A stretch of DNA of 37,029 nt from positions 1 through 37,029 of the forward strand of contig CBFDCD010000001.1 of the NCBI GenBank assembly GCA_965603225.1, written 5' to 3'. Below, in pieces: positions 24,391-33,264 of this stretch. Source of the DNA: an uncultured bacterium. GTDB taxonomy: Bacteria; Desulfobacterota; DSM-4660; Desulfatiglandales; B25-G16. The number at the start of each line of letters is the position of its first letter. Position 1 is the stretch's first letter. The translations under genes and the position numbers were made by a program. The notes under the pieces were generated by a model. That model saw nothing but the letters and a program-made list of their open reading frames with translations, was not told the DNA's origin and ran no database searches.

Positions 24391-25470
24391 ATGAGTGCCA
24401 TTTTATATTATATAATCCCATTCGCAATAGTGCTTGGCATATTAATAACCTTTCATGAGTTTGGTCATTTTATTGTGGCCAAATTATTTAACGTAAAGGT
24501 GTTAAAATTTTCTCTCGGTTTTGGCCCTAAGGTGATAGGTAAGAGGGTAGGGGAAACCGAATACATAATTTCCGCCTTTCCCCTTGGGGGATATGTTAAG
24601 ATGTTAGGCGAGGACAATGATGAAGAGGTAACCTTGGAGGATGAAAATAGGTCCTTTTCAGCACAGCCTCCATTAAGAAGGATAGCTATTGCAGCTGCTG
24701 GCCCGACCTTTAATTTTATATTGGCCTTCTTCCTTTTTCTTGGCGTTTACTCTATTTCAGGTTACCCTATTATGACCGCCGAAATTGGCCAGGTGAGATT
24801 GAATTCTCCTGCTGATAAGGCAAAAATCATAAAAGGCGATATTATAGAGTATATTGAAGGCAATAAAATTAATCACTGGCTTGATATAAAGAAATTTGTA
24901 GAAAAGAATCCAGGCAAGGGATTAGAGATAGGAATCAATAGGAATGGTAAAAGAATAGCGGTAATTGTTCATCCGGAAGAGGAAATTGTTAAAAATATCT
25001 TCGGTGAAGATATAAAATCGGCATTGATAGGAATCGTAGCGAGTGGAAAAATAAGTCAATTGAAATTAAACCCTTTTCAGGCCATGGGAAAGGCAGGGGA
25101 AAAAACGTGGGAGATTACATCATTAACAGTGCTAACAATTGTTAAGCTTTTTCAAGGCGTTGTTCCACTTAAAACACTCGGCGGCCCTATTATGATAGGT
25201 CAGCTAACCGGAGATATAGCTAAAGAGAACGTGGGCTATTTATTTCCCTTCATGGCCCTTATAAGCATCAACCTTGCCATCTTAAATCTTTTGCCGGTCC
25301 CAGTACTGGATGGAGGGATGATACTTTTCTTTTTAATAGAAATCTTAATCAAAAAACCTATAAGCATTAAAAAAAGGGAGTTAGCTCAAAAGGTGGGCTT
25401 TTTCCTTCTTATCCTGTTAATGGCTATTGTTTTTTATAATGATCTGATAAGAATAATCACTAACCATTAA
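24391..25470 (+). CDS. rseP: RIP zinc metalloprotease RseP (site-2 protease)
   Basis: HEFGHFIVA, a PDZ-like middle region, and NLLPVPVLDGG. Confidence 0.93.
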   Translation: MSAILYYIIPFAIVLGILITFHEFGHFIVAKLFNVKVLKFSLGFGPKVIGKRVGETEYIISAFPLGGYVKMLGEDNDEEVTLEDENRSFSAQPPLRRIAIAAAGPTFNFILAFFLFLGVYSISGYPIMTAEIGQVRLNSPADKAKIIKGDIIEYIEGNKINHWLDIKKFVEKNPGKGLEIGINRNGKRIAVIVHPEEEIVKNIFGEDIKSALIGIVASGKISQLKLNPFQAMGKAGEKTWEITSLTVLTIVKLFQGVVPLKTLGGPIMIGQLTGDIAKENVGYLFPFMALISINLAILNLLPVPVLDGGMILFFLIEILIKKPISIKKRELAQKVGFFLLILLMAIVFYNDLIRIITNH

Positions 25471-25483
25471 TAAAGACTAAAAG

Positions 25484-26182
25484 TTGAATACCCTTTCTTT
25501 AAATACCTCAACCAGTCAATACAGCATTGCAGTAATGGATGATGACGTTGTGCTGGGTGAGTATATACTTCCTTCAAGGTCAAGCCACTTCAGAAATTTG
25601 ATGCCTGCCATAGATGAACTTCTTGCCAGGGTCAACATTGAACTTTCAATGCTTGGTAGCCTCATTGTGGCAATTGGACCAGGAAGCTTTACCGGCATTA
25701 GGATAGGTCTTTCTGTTGTTAAGGGACTATCTCAACACCTAACGATACCGGTGGTTGGGGTTCCCACATTAGAGGCTATGGCATACCAGGTCCCATACAT
25801 CAAAGAAGACATATGCCCCCTTGTGACCTCTCGAAAGGGTGAGGTGTTTACGGCATTATTTAGATGGAGTAATAATAATGAGCTTTTCGGGGTAAAGCAA
25901 TACACGTGCCTGAGAATAGAGGACATCGGCTCTATAATAGAAAACAGGACTGTATTAATAGGAAATGATTATTTTAATCAGGGAACAATCCTGATGCGGC
26001 AACTTGACGAAAATCATATATTAGCCCCCATACATATGTGGAATCTTAAGGCATCAGCCATTGGCTCCTTAGGGTTAGAAAAAATTAAAAATGGAAGTCA
26101 AGACGGCTTAAACAATCTTGAACCTCTCTATATGAGGGGGGCGGATATACGAATGCCAAAGAATAGGTCTAATATCGTCTAA
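25484..26182 (+). CDS. tsaB: tRNA threonylcarbamoyladenosine biosynthesis protein TsaB
   Basis: GPGSFTGIRIG motif and typical length (232 aa). The start codon is TTG. Confidence 0.85.
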   Translation: MNTLSLNTSTSQYSIAVMDDDVVLGEYILPSRSSHFRNLMPAIDELLARVNIELSMLGSLIVAIGPGSFTGIRIGLSVVKGLSQHLTIPVVGVPTLEAMAYQVPYIKEDICPLVTSRKGEVFTALFRWSNNNELFGVKQYTCLRIEDIGSIIENRTVLIGNDYFNQGTILMRQLDENHILAPIHMWNLKASAIGSLGLEKIKNGSQDGLNNLEPLYMRGADIRMPKNRSNIV

Positions 26183-26279
26183 TATTTTAGGCCAAGATTC
26201 TATGATTTTATTATGCCATAGGGACTATTTTTTCAAGGTTGCATTAAGGTTTTTTTATGAAGCCGAATTTTTACCTATG

Positions 26280-26308
26280 TTGACAAGCGGCCAAATTTAT
26301 ATTATACA
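26280..26308 (+). promoter_or_regulatory. candidate psd-pssA promoter
   Basis: TTGACA (26280-26285), a 17-nt spacer, then TATACA (26303-26308), ~35 nt upstream of psd. Confidence 0.35.
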
Positions 26309-26344
26309 GACATGGTAAGTATATAAGTTAAATAGTATAATTTA

Positions 26345-27004
26345 ATGGACCAAAAAAGGATAAACAACAAATTACCAGTTGCAAGGGAAGGACTACCTTT
26401 TATAATTGCTGGAGCAGCCTTGGCAATTATTACGGGAGTTTTTCACCTGGTTTTTTTGGCTATTGTTATCTCTGTGATAACACTCTTTGTTGCGTATTTT
26501 TTCCGAGATCCAGAGAGAATCCCAATAGGTAATGAACAGGCAGTGTTGACCCCGGCAGATGGGAAGATATTATCTGTAGACAGATTAGACAACGGTGACC
26601 ATAATTGTAAACATTCATCAATAAAGATAAGTATCTTTATGTCTATTTTTAATGCCCATATAAACCGAATACCTATAAAGGGTAAGGTATTAGACATTTC
26701 TTACACGCCAGGTAAATTTTTTTCTGCAAATATGGATAAGGCATCTAAATACAATGAACATAACATCATAACATTAGAGACGAATGACGATAAAAAGATT
26801 GTCTTTGTTCAAATAGCCGGCCTTATTGCCAGAAGGATTGCATGCTGGGTTAAAGAAAGAGATAATGTAGAGGCAGGTCAAAGATTCGGCCTTATAAGGT
26901 TCGGATCACGACTTGAGGTGTACCTTCCAACTAATAGTAAGGTTACTGTGCAAGAAGGGCAAAAGGTCAAGGGCGGCCAAACAGTAATAGGATATATTCA
27001 ATAG
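26345..27004 (+). CDS. psd: phosphatidylserine decarboxylase proenzyme (short form)
   Basis: 219 aa with two N-terminal TM segments and the self-cleavage region IRFGSRLEV near the C-terminus. It is adjacent to pssA. Confidence 0.88.
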   Translation: MDQKRINNKLPVAREGLPFIIAGAALAIITGVFHLVFLAIVISVITLFVAYFFRDPERIPIGNEQAVLTPADGKILSVDRLDNGDHNCKHSSIKISIFMSIFNAHINRIPIKGKVLDISYTPGKFFSANMDKASKYNEHNIITLETNDDKKIVFVQIAGLIARRIACWVKERDNVEAGQRFGLIRFGSRLEVYLPTNSKVTVQEGQKVKGGQTVIGYIQ

Positions 27005-27005
27005 T

Positions 27006-27803
27006 ATGAAAAAAAAGAATTGGTCAAAAAAAAGAGATAGAAGGGGCGTATATATTCTCCCCAACCTGTTTACCTCATGCAGCCTTTTTGGTGGATTTTA
27101 TGCCATCATTGCTGCTATCCAGGGAAGGTATCACGCCGCGGCTATTGCCATTCTAATTTCTTCCATATTTGATGCATTAGACGGCAAAATTGCCCGATTT
27201 ACTAATACCAGCAGCCAGTTTGGTGCCGAATATGATTCACTGTCTGATCTGGTTGCCTTTGGTGTTGCCCCTGGGATACTGGTCTTCCTGTGGTCCCTCG
27301 AACCTTTTGGAAGATTTGGCTGGCTTGCTGTATTTCTATATATTATCTGCGGTGCGTTGAGACTTGCCAGGTTTAATATTCAAAAAAACGATATTGAGTC
27401 TAAACACTTTAAGGGATTACCAATACCAGGTGCAGCCATTTTCATCTCCATCTTTGTTCTTTTTATCGATTCTCTGGGCGGCCTAACTGAAAATAAACAC
27501 ATCATTACTTTAGGCGCCATTTATGCTTTATCTTTTCTTATGGTTAGCGCAATTGATTACCTTAGCTTTAAAAAACTTGAACTGTTTAAGCAAAAACCCT
27601 TTAATGTGCTTGTAGCCACTATACTTATTTTTGTTGTTATAGCCTATAAACCAGTCTTAATGTTGTTCATTTTTTCAACAGCCTATGTTATTTCAGGTCC
27701 TATCATGACGCTTTATTGCATTATTCACAGACATACAAAGACGTTTATGGCACATAGATCCTCTGTTGGGAAAAAAGAAACATACACGAGAAATGAATTA
27801 TAA
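27006..27803 (+). CDS. pssA: CDP-diacylglycerol--serine O-phosphatidyltransferase
   Basis: CDP-alcohol phosphatidyltransferase motif DALDGKIAR...GAEYDSLSDLVAFG. Confidence 0.92.
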   Translation: MKKKNWSKKRDRRGVYILPNLFTSCSLFGGFYAIIAAIQGRYHAAAIAILISSIFDALDGKIARFTNTSSQFGAEYDSLSDLVAFGVAPGILVFLWSLEPFGRFGWLAVFLYIICGALRLARFNIQKNDIESKHFKGLPIPGAAIFISIFVLFIDSLGGLTENKHIITLGAIYALSFLMVSAIDYLSFKKLELFKQKPFNVLVATILIFVVIAYKPVLMLFIFSTAYVISGPIMTLYCIIHRHTKTFMAHRSSVGKKETYTRNEL

Positions 27804-27935
27804 AAAACCTGATAAACTAACCTGGGAAATCCAGATCCAAATTGACTATTTACTATTGCCTGCCTTGGCTCCACTTTCGTGCAATTTATTTAAGTAGTCA
27901 TTAAATACTTTCTTAGAAATATCAATACGCCACAT

Positions 27936-27995
27936 ATAAAACAGGCCCATTAATGCAATAATGTTATAATCTTTGTGGCCTAGTGCCTTTGTGGC
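27936..27995. repeat. short hairpin unit / solo arm of the repeat family
   Basis: gcctagtgcctttgtggc (27979-27995) resembles the right arm gccttagtgtcttggtggc of copies A and B. ctttgtggc occurs twice (27971-27979 and 27987-27995). gccaca at ~27938 can pair with tgtggc. Confidence 0.35.
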
Positions 27996-28051
27996 AATAT
28001 ACCTGAATAGTTACAGGAAATTTATCTATAAGCGCTTAAATTGTTTGGCAG

Positions 28052-28633
28052 TTGTTAAATATTATGAGAATAACCGGTGGAGGTGCAAGGGGACGAAAAC
28101 TATCATTCATTAAGTCAATAAGTATACGCCCTACCTCGGACATGGTGAGAAGTTCTATCTTCAACATGCTGGGGCAGACATTAACCGGTCTCTCTGTACT
28201 TGATTTATTTGCTGGAACCGGCAGTCTGGGGATTGAATCCCTTAGCAGGGGGGCGAAAAAGGCTGTTTTTGTAGACAGCTCAAACAAGGCAATTTCCTTA
28301 ATCAGAAAAAACCTTGCTATTTGTAGCTATGAAGAGTTCTCAAAAACTTTTAAAAGACATCTACCGGACGGCCTAAGCCATTTTAAATGTGAAGGGTTTA
28401 ATAAATTTGATATAATCTTTATTGACCCACCCTATGGTAAGGGATACATTAAACCGACAATAGATAAATTATTTGCGAATAACCTATTCCATGAAAATAG
28501 TACTGTAGTCGTAGAATCATCAATAAATGATAGTGACCCATTGCCTGTTTGCATACAAAATTTTCAACTAAAAATAAGCAGATCCTATGGAATGACATTA
28601 ATAGGAATTTATATCCATAATGAAAAAGAATAA
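28052..28633 (+). CDS. rsmD: 16S rRNA (guanine966-N2)-methyltransferase
   Basis: RPTSDMVRSSIFNML, LDLFAGTGSLGIE and the DPPY motif. Confidence 0.9.
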   Translation: MLNIMRITGGGARGRKLSFIKSISIRPTSDMVRSSIFNMLGQTLTGLSVLDLFAGTGSLGIESLSRGAKKAVFVDSSNKAISLIRKNLAICSYEEFSKTFKRHLPDGLSHFKCEGFNKFDIIFIDPPYGKGYIKPTIDKLFANNLFHENSTVVVESSINDSDPLPVCIQNFQLKISRSYGMTLIGIYIHNEKE

Positions 28634-28643
28634 TTCAGAAAAA

Positions 28644-29141
28644 ATGATAATTTATCCAGGCTCTTTTGATCCGATCACAAATGGCCATCTAAGTATTACA
28701 CGAAGGGCATTAACCATATATGACTCTGTTACCATTGCCGTGTCATCGAATCCTATAAAAAAAACCCTTTTCACCTTAGAGGAAAGGGTGGGGATGATAA
28801 GGGAGGCAATAAAAAATGAAGGCAATGTTTTTGTTGACTCCTTTGACTGCTTACTTGTTGATTACGTGACAAACAAAAAAACCAATATTGTTTTGAGGGG
28901 CATGAGGGCACTCTCTGATTTTGAATATGAATTTCAGATGTCATTAATGAATCGGAGGCTAAACAGAGGTGTTGAGACCATTTTTATGATGACTGATTAT
29001 AAATGGCTATACATTAGCTCTACAATAATTAAAGAAGCAGCCTTTTATAACGGCTCTGTCAAAGGCCTTGTACCTGAAATAGTTTGTCGAAAGCTAAAAG
29101 AAAAATTTGGATACAATACACCTAATAACCAAGGAGGATAA
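28644..29141 (+). CDS. coaD: phosphopantetheine adenylyltransferase
   Basis: YPGSFDPITNGH and ISSTIIKE. The ATG at 28644 gives the usual short N-terminus, whereas the track start is 28620. Confidence 0.93.
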   Translation: MIIYPGSFDPITNGHLSITRRALTIYDSVTIAVSSNPIKKTLFTLEERVGMIREAIKNEGNVFVDSFDCLLVDYVTNKKTNIVLRGMRALSDFEYEFQMSLMNRRLNRGVETIFMMTDYKWLYISSTIIKEAAFYNGSVKGLVPEIVCRKLKEKFGYNTPNNQGG

Positions 29142-29145
29142 TCGT

Positions 29146-29433
29146 ATGGCCCTAACCAAAGAAAAAATTATAGACAACGTTTACAATCAGGTAGGTCTGA
29201 GCAAAAACCAGTCAAGGAGGGTTGTTGAAAGTTTGTTAGAGACAATGAAGAAAAGTCTATCAAAGGGAGAATCCTTGCTTATAAGTGGCTTTGGAAAGTT
29301 TATTGTAAAAGATAAGGCAGCAAGAAAGGGTAGAAATCCACAAACCAGAAAAGACCTGAATCTAAGGGCAAGGAGGGTTATTGTATTTAGAACCTCTGGC
29401 GTGCTCCGGAGAAAGATAAACCATAAGGACTAA
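29146..29433 (+). CDS. ihfA: integration host factor alpha-like / HU family DNA-binding protein
   Basis: MALTKEKI...[20 protein letters not shown]...RRVIVFR. An AAGGAGG RBS lies 7 nt upstream of the ATG at 29146. Confidence 0.85.
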   Translation: MALTKEKIIDNVYNQVGLSKNQSRRVVESLLETMKKSLSKGESLLISGFGKFIVKDKAARKGRNPQTRKDLNLRARRVIVFRTSGVLRRKINHKD

Positions 29434-30215
29434 AGTGCAACGATAAAAGAGTTTGTAAAACCAAGGGACTCTAATTTCTTTACTAAAGTGTTGGCCTCAA
29501 TTAAATCTGAGAAAAGGGAAACCCTTACACGGTAAAGAGTTTTTCCTTCATACGGCGTATATGGTGTAATAGTAATGTGATCGAAGTTAACGCTCAATTT
29601 CTCTGCAAGGTTCTCAGAATTTTTTTTGTTTTCAAAGGCCCCAACCTGTATGGTAAACTTTCCCTTCATATAGTCTTTTACCTCAATGAGAGGCCTGTGT
29701 TTATTGTCTGTTTTTTTCTTTCCAACCATCCTTGACAAGGCAACTAATCGTACCCTTTCAACTCCGGACTCAACTAAACCCAATTTTTTGGCTGAGGTAA
29801 ATGACAGATCAATTATCCTACCTTTAACAAAAGGGCCTCTATCGTTAATCCTAACAACGGTCTCTCTTGAATTTGCTAAATTTTCCACTTTCACATAAGT
29901 TCCAAATGGTAAGATTTTATGGGCGGCAGTTTTATTGTACATATTGTATGTCTCACCATTGGCCGTTTTCTTTCCGTGAAACTTCTTGCCATACCACGAA
30001 GCCAAGCCTTCCTGTACAAATCCTTTCTCGCTGAAAAGCGGGTAGTATGGTACCCCATTTACAGAATAGGGGCGAGGAATGCCACCCTTTGTTTCCGGCA
30101 GAACTACGTAGGCTTTTCCATGTCTGGCCTCTTTCTTGATAACAGAACAACTAAAAACACTAAGGGCAATAAACAGGGGAAAAATAAACCTTTTTATGAC
30201 TTTTATTTTCTGCAA
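29430..30215 (-). CDS. rlpA: septal ring lytic transglycosylase RlpA family lipoprotein (DPBB + SPOR domains)
   Basis: Lipoprotein-type signal ending SVFSC. The DPBB region is [19 protein letters not shown]...[10 protein letters not shown]-terminal SPOR-like region begins FTIQVGAF. Confidence 0.88.
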   Translation of the reverse strand: MQKIKVIKRFIFPLFIALSVFSCSVIKKEARHGKAYVVLPETKGGIPRPYSVNGVPYYPLFSEKGFVQEGLASWYGKKFHGKKTANGETYNMYNKTAAHKILPFGTYVKVENLANSRETVVRINDRGPFVKGRIIDLSFTSAKKLGLVESGVERVRLVALSRMVGKKKTDNKHRPLIEVKDYMKGKFTIQVGAFENKKNSENLAEKLSVNFDHITITPYTPYEGKTLYRVRVSLFSDLIEANTLVKKLESLGFTNSFIVAL

Positions 30216-30238
30216 TACGGCTCTGCTGCGTTTAATAT

Positions 30239-30718
30239 TTATTTACATAAACCAATGGTTACTTTACCGATATCTAAACTGAGGGCTTTACCTGACAGGT
30301 CTGTGGCAAAAAATTTTTTGATATGAAAATTATTTATTGAAGAATTATTTCCCTTAATTATTGTAAAGGTGAGGATCATAACGGAACCTTTAGCTCCACT
30401 ATCAAAGCCTTCAGGGTGAATAAGTCCTATTCTAACCATATCCTTGCTGTCGTTGGCTATTACAGTGGCTTTTACTGAGAGAGTCCCTGGTAGTACCTTT
30501 ACAAAATTGACCTTACTCTGATCATAATCTATTGTTATATCAATGATTCCAATAGTAGTGCCTGCAGAAAAACCATTAAGAGTCACCGCAATTCTTGTTG
30601 TTGAATAATGTTTTTCTGCAATGGCATTCGAGCAGAGAGACAACGCTAAAAGTGCGTTAAAAAAAATAATAAATATCTTTTTCATTCCTGTGCCTCGATT
30701 AATATTCTTACCATTCAA
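30239..30718 (-). CDS. small secreted hypothetical protein (possibly a cohesin-like beta-sandwich)
   Basis: The signal peptide is [23 protein letters not shown], so the start is probably at 30685. The mature part of ~125 aa is beta-rich. Resemblance to cohesin domains ([17 protein letters not shown]...ILTFTI) is weak and judged from memory only. Confidence 0.5.
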   Translation of the reverse strand: MNGKNINRGTGMKKIFIIFFNALLALSLCSNAIAEKHYSTTRIAVTLNGFSAGTTIGIIDITIDYDQSKVNFVKVLPGTLSVKATVIANDSKDMVRIGLIHPEGFDSGAKGSVMILTFTIIKGNNSSINNFHIKKFFATDLSGKALSLDIGKVTIGLCK

Positions 30719-30895
30719 TTTCTATAGGCTATATAGTATCTTAAAATTTTACTGAATGTCGAACCCTGGTCTGGATTTTAAAACCACAGGCTATCAAAGA
30801 TTGACAATCTGGTGAAGTGTATATTTACGAGACCATTATGTATGGGGTTAGTCCGGTTTTGTAAAAAACCATGAGGATAAGGACCAGTTGTTTCT

Positions 30896-33232
30896 CTACT
30901 TTTCCAATTCTGTCTTTACGGCTACACCTATGTTTTCTATCGTATATGGTTTTTTGATATACTGACCTACCCCCAGCACCTGAGCATCCTTTACACGACC
31001 TGTTTCAGAAAATCCGCTTGCAATTATAGCCTTCTGGCCAGGGTGAAATTTAATAATTCCCCTGTATGTTTCAAGTCCATCCAATCCCGGTTCCATAATC
31101 ATGTCTAAGATTACCAGATCTGCTGAATGATCCTTCATATATTCCACTGCCTTTTGCCCGCTTGAAAGGGTAGTCACAGAGTAGTCCAATTCAGATAGCA
31201 GACAGTCTGCTATATTTCTTTGTTCTTCTATGTCATCCACCACTAAGATTGATTCACCTTTTCCCTTGTATTGTTCAACAGGCAGGGGAGCCCTGTCTTT
31301 GGCTACTTTTTTCCTGGTGGCAGGAAAGTACAGGGTGAATGTTGATCCCTTGCCTATTTTACTTTGAACTTCAATATACCCTTTATGATCCTTTACTGTT
31401 CCCCATACCACAGCCATACCTAATCCTGTGCCGCTTCTTCCCATTTTTTTCTTTGTATAAAAGGGCTCAAATATTCTGTCAGCATCCTCCGGGGATATGC
31501 CTATCCCTCCATCAATAACTTTAAGAATTACATAATCACCCTCTGCTATATCATCATAACCCCTTACAGGTTCATCAATGTATCTGTTCTCAGTAGATAT
31601 AATTATCCTTCCATTACACTGAATAGCCTCTGCTGCGTTTGATATTAAATTCATAAGAGTTTTTGATATATGTATGGCAGAACCCATCATACTTAAAAGA
31701 TCTGATTCAAAATCTAATATCACTTCAATATCGGGATAGTATGATATAAGTTTCTCATATTCAGGGCTTTTCAAATACTCAGATATAATATCATTTAGAT
31801 TTAAAACTTCCATGACAGCAGCCCCTCTTCTCGCCAATGTCAGAAGGTCATTGACTATATCAGCGGCCTTTTTTCCGGACTCCTGTATAGTTAACAATGG
31901 CTTTCTTAAGGGGCTGTCTTCCGGGGTCCTCATTAGCAGTAATTCAGGATAGCTGACAATGCCGGAGAGCACATTGTTCAGGTCGTGGGCTACACCCCCT
32001 GCAAGGGTACCGATAGCCTCCATTTTTTGGGCACGCTGCAGTCGGACCTCTAAGGCCTTTTTCTGGCTTATATCAAAAAAGCTATCTAATAGATACTCTT
32101 TGCCGTCTAATTCTATGCTGCGCACTGTTCTTAAAACAGGTATTTCTCTTCCATCTCCATTGATCATTAAACATTCTAAACCATGCATCTTTTTGCGAAG
32201 ATCAGTAATAGGGTGTCTACCTGCTTCTTCAGGGCATAGGTATTCATGGCATAGGCTGCCTATAATCCGTTGCTTTGGGAGACCAATCATCTTAAGGGCG
32301 GCATAATTCGCATAAAGAATTTCATGGGTTTTAAAATTGCTAAGTAAAATACCTGCTTGTATTGAGTTTAATATATTATTTAAACGTTTTTTGCTCTCCC
32401 GAAGGGCCTTTTCGGATTTCAGGCGAAGGCTGATATCTCTAATTACCCCATAGGTTCCCATAAAATGTTTATCTTTCGAATCAACAGGCTTATCGTACAT
32501 CCCAACGGCCTTTAATTCGACGGTAAGGGTAGTATTCCTCACTTTCTCTGCCCCATTCCCATGCTTGTAAGACCGTAACCTTATTCCTGTTGTTGAAACG
32601 GCACGCTTACCAGTCCTTTTCTCGTTGAAATGGTATATGGATCTATCTATATCTTCTTCATAGATAATAGATGAATAGTGTTTCCCTATTAATTGATCGG
32701 GATCAAACCCAAGAAGGGAGCCTACTGTTTCATTTACGAATGTAAATTCGCCTTTGTGATTTAGTGTGTAGATAATGTCCGGCGAATTATCTACTAAATA
32801 TTTATACTGACTTTGCACAAGGGATAGTTTTTCATTGATAATACCATTTTCCCTCTTTAACCTTTTTTTATTGAGGGCATTTCCAACTGTCCTTATTAAT
32901 TTTTCAGGTTCAAAAGGCTTTTTAAGGTAATCATAGGCACCTTTCCTCAAGGATTCTATGGCTAATTCCTCCGACCTATATCCAGTAATAACGATTACCA
33001 AGGTCTCCGGTGTCTTCCGGTTAATATAATCCATAACCGTAAGACCATTTACCTCCGGCATTACAATATCCAGGAGGGCAAGATCAACATTACCCTGAGA
33101 TAAATATTCTATTGCCTTTTTACCATTATTGGTTGTTTGTATTGCATATCCGTTGTTTTTTAATAGCTCTTCAAGTGTATCACACATGCGTGAATCATCA
33201 TCGACTATCAGAATATTTTCATTACCATCCAT
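30896..33232 (-). CDS. hybrid sensor histidine kinase / response regulator (REC-PAS-PAS-HisKA-HATPase-REC)
   Basis: N-terminal REC (ILIVDDDSRM...LLDIVMP...KKPF), H-box GGVAHDLNNVL, G-box GTGLGMAVV, and C-terminal REC (ILVVDDIEE...ILDMIMEP...KKPY). Confidence 0.9.
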   Translation of the reverse strand: MDGNENILIVDDDSRMCDTLEELLKNNGYAIQTTNNGKKAIEYLSQGNVDLALLDIVMPEVNGLTVMDYINRKTPETLVIVITGYRSEELAIESLRKGAYDYLKKPFEPEKLIRTVGNALNKKRLKRENGIINEKLSLVQSQYKYLVDNSPDIIYTLNHKGEFTFVNETVGSLLGFDPDQLIGKHYSSIIYEEDIDRSIYHFNEKRTGKRAVSTTGIRLRSYKHGNGAEKVRNTTLTVELKAVGMYDKPVDSKDKHFMGTYGVIRDISLRLKSEKALRESKKRLNNILNSIQAGILLSNFKTHEILYANYAALKMIGLPKQRIIGSLCHEYLCPEEAGRHPITDLRKKMHGLECLMINGDGREIPVLRTVRSIELDGKEYLLDSFFDISQKKALEVRLQRAQKMEAIGTLAGGVAHDLNNVLSGIVSYPELLLMRTPEDSPLRKPLLTIQESGKKAADIVNDLLTLARRGAAVMEVLNLNDIISEYLKSPEYEKLISYYPDIEVILDFESDLLSMMGSAIHISKTLMNLISNAAEAIQCNGRIIISTENRYIDEPVRGYDDIAEGDYVILKVIDGGIGISPEDADRIFEPFYTKKKMGRSGTGLGMAVVWGTVKDHKGYIEVQSKIGKGSTFTLYFPATRKKVAKDRAPLPVEQYKGKGESILVVDDIEEQRNIADCLLSELDYSVTTLSSGQKAVEYMKDHSADLVILDMIMEPGLDGLETYRGIIKFHPGQKAIIASGFSETGRVKDAQVLGVGQYIKKPYTIENIGVAVKTELEK

Positions 33233-33264
33233 GGCGAACTCCTGAAATTATTACGTATAATCTT

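Noticed and set aside
30755-30776. tRNA-like T-loop sequence (minus strand ccagggttcgacattcag) and ccttcgattcc at 15927-15937.
   Set aside because: The flanking bases cannot form a T-stem, and no acceptor or anticodon arms can be built. The second site lies inside the native LivM N-terminus.
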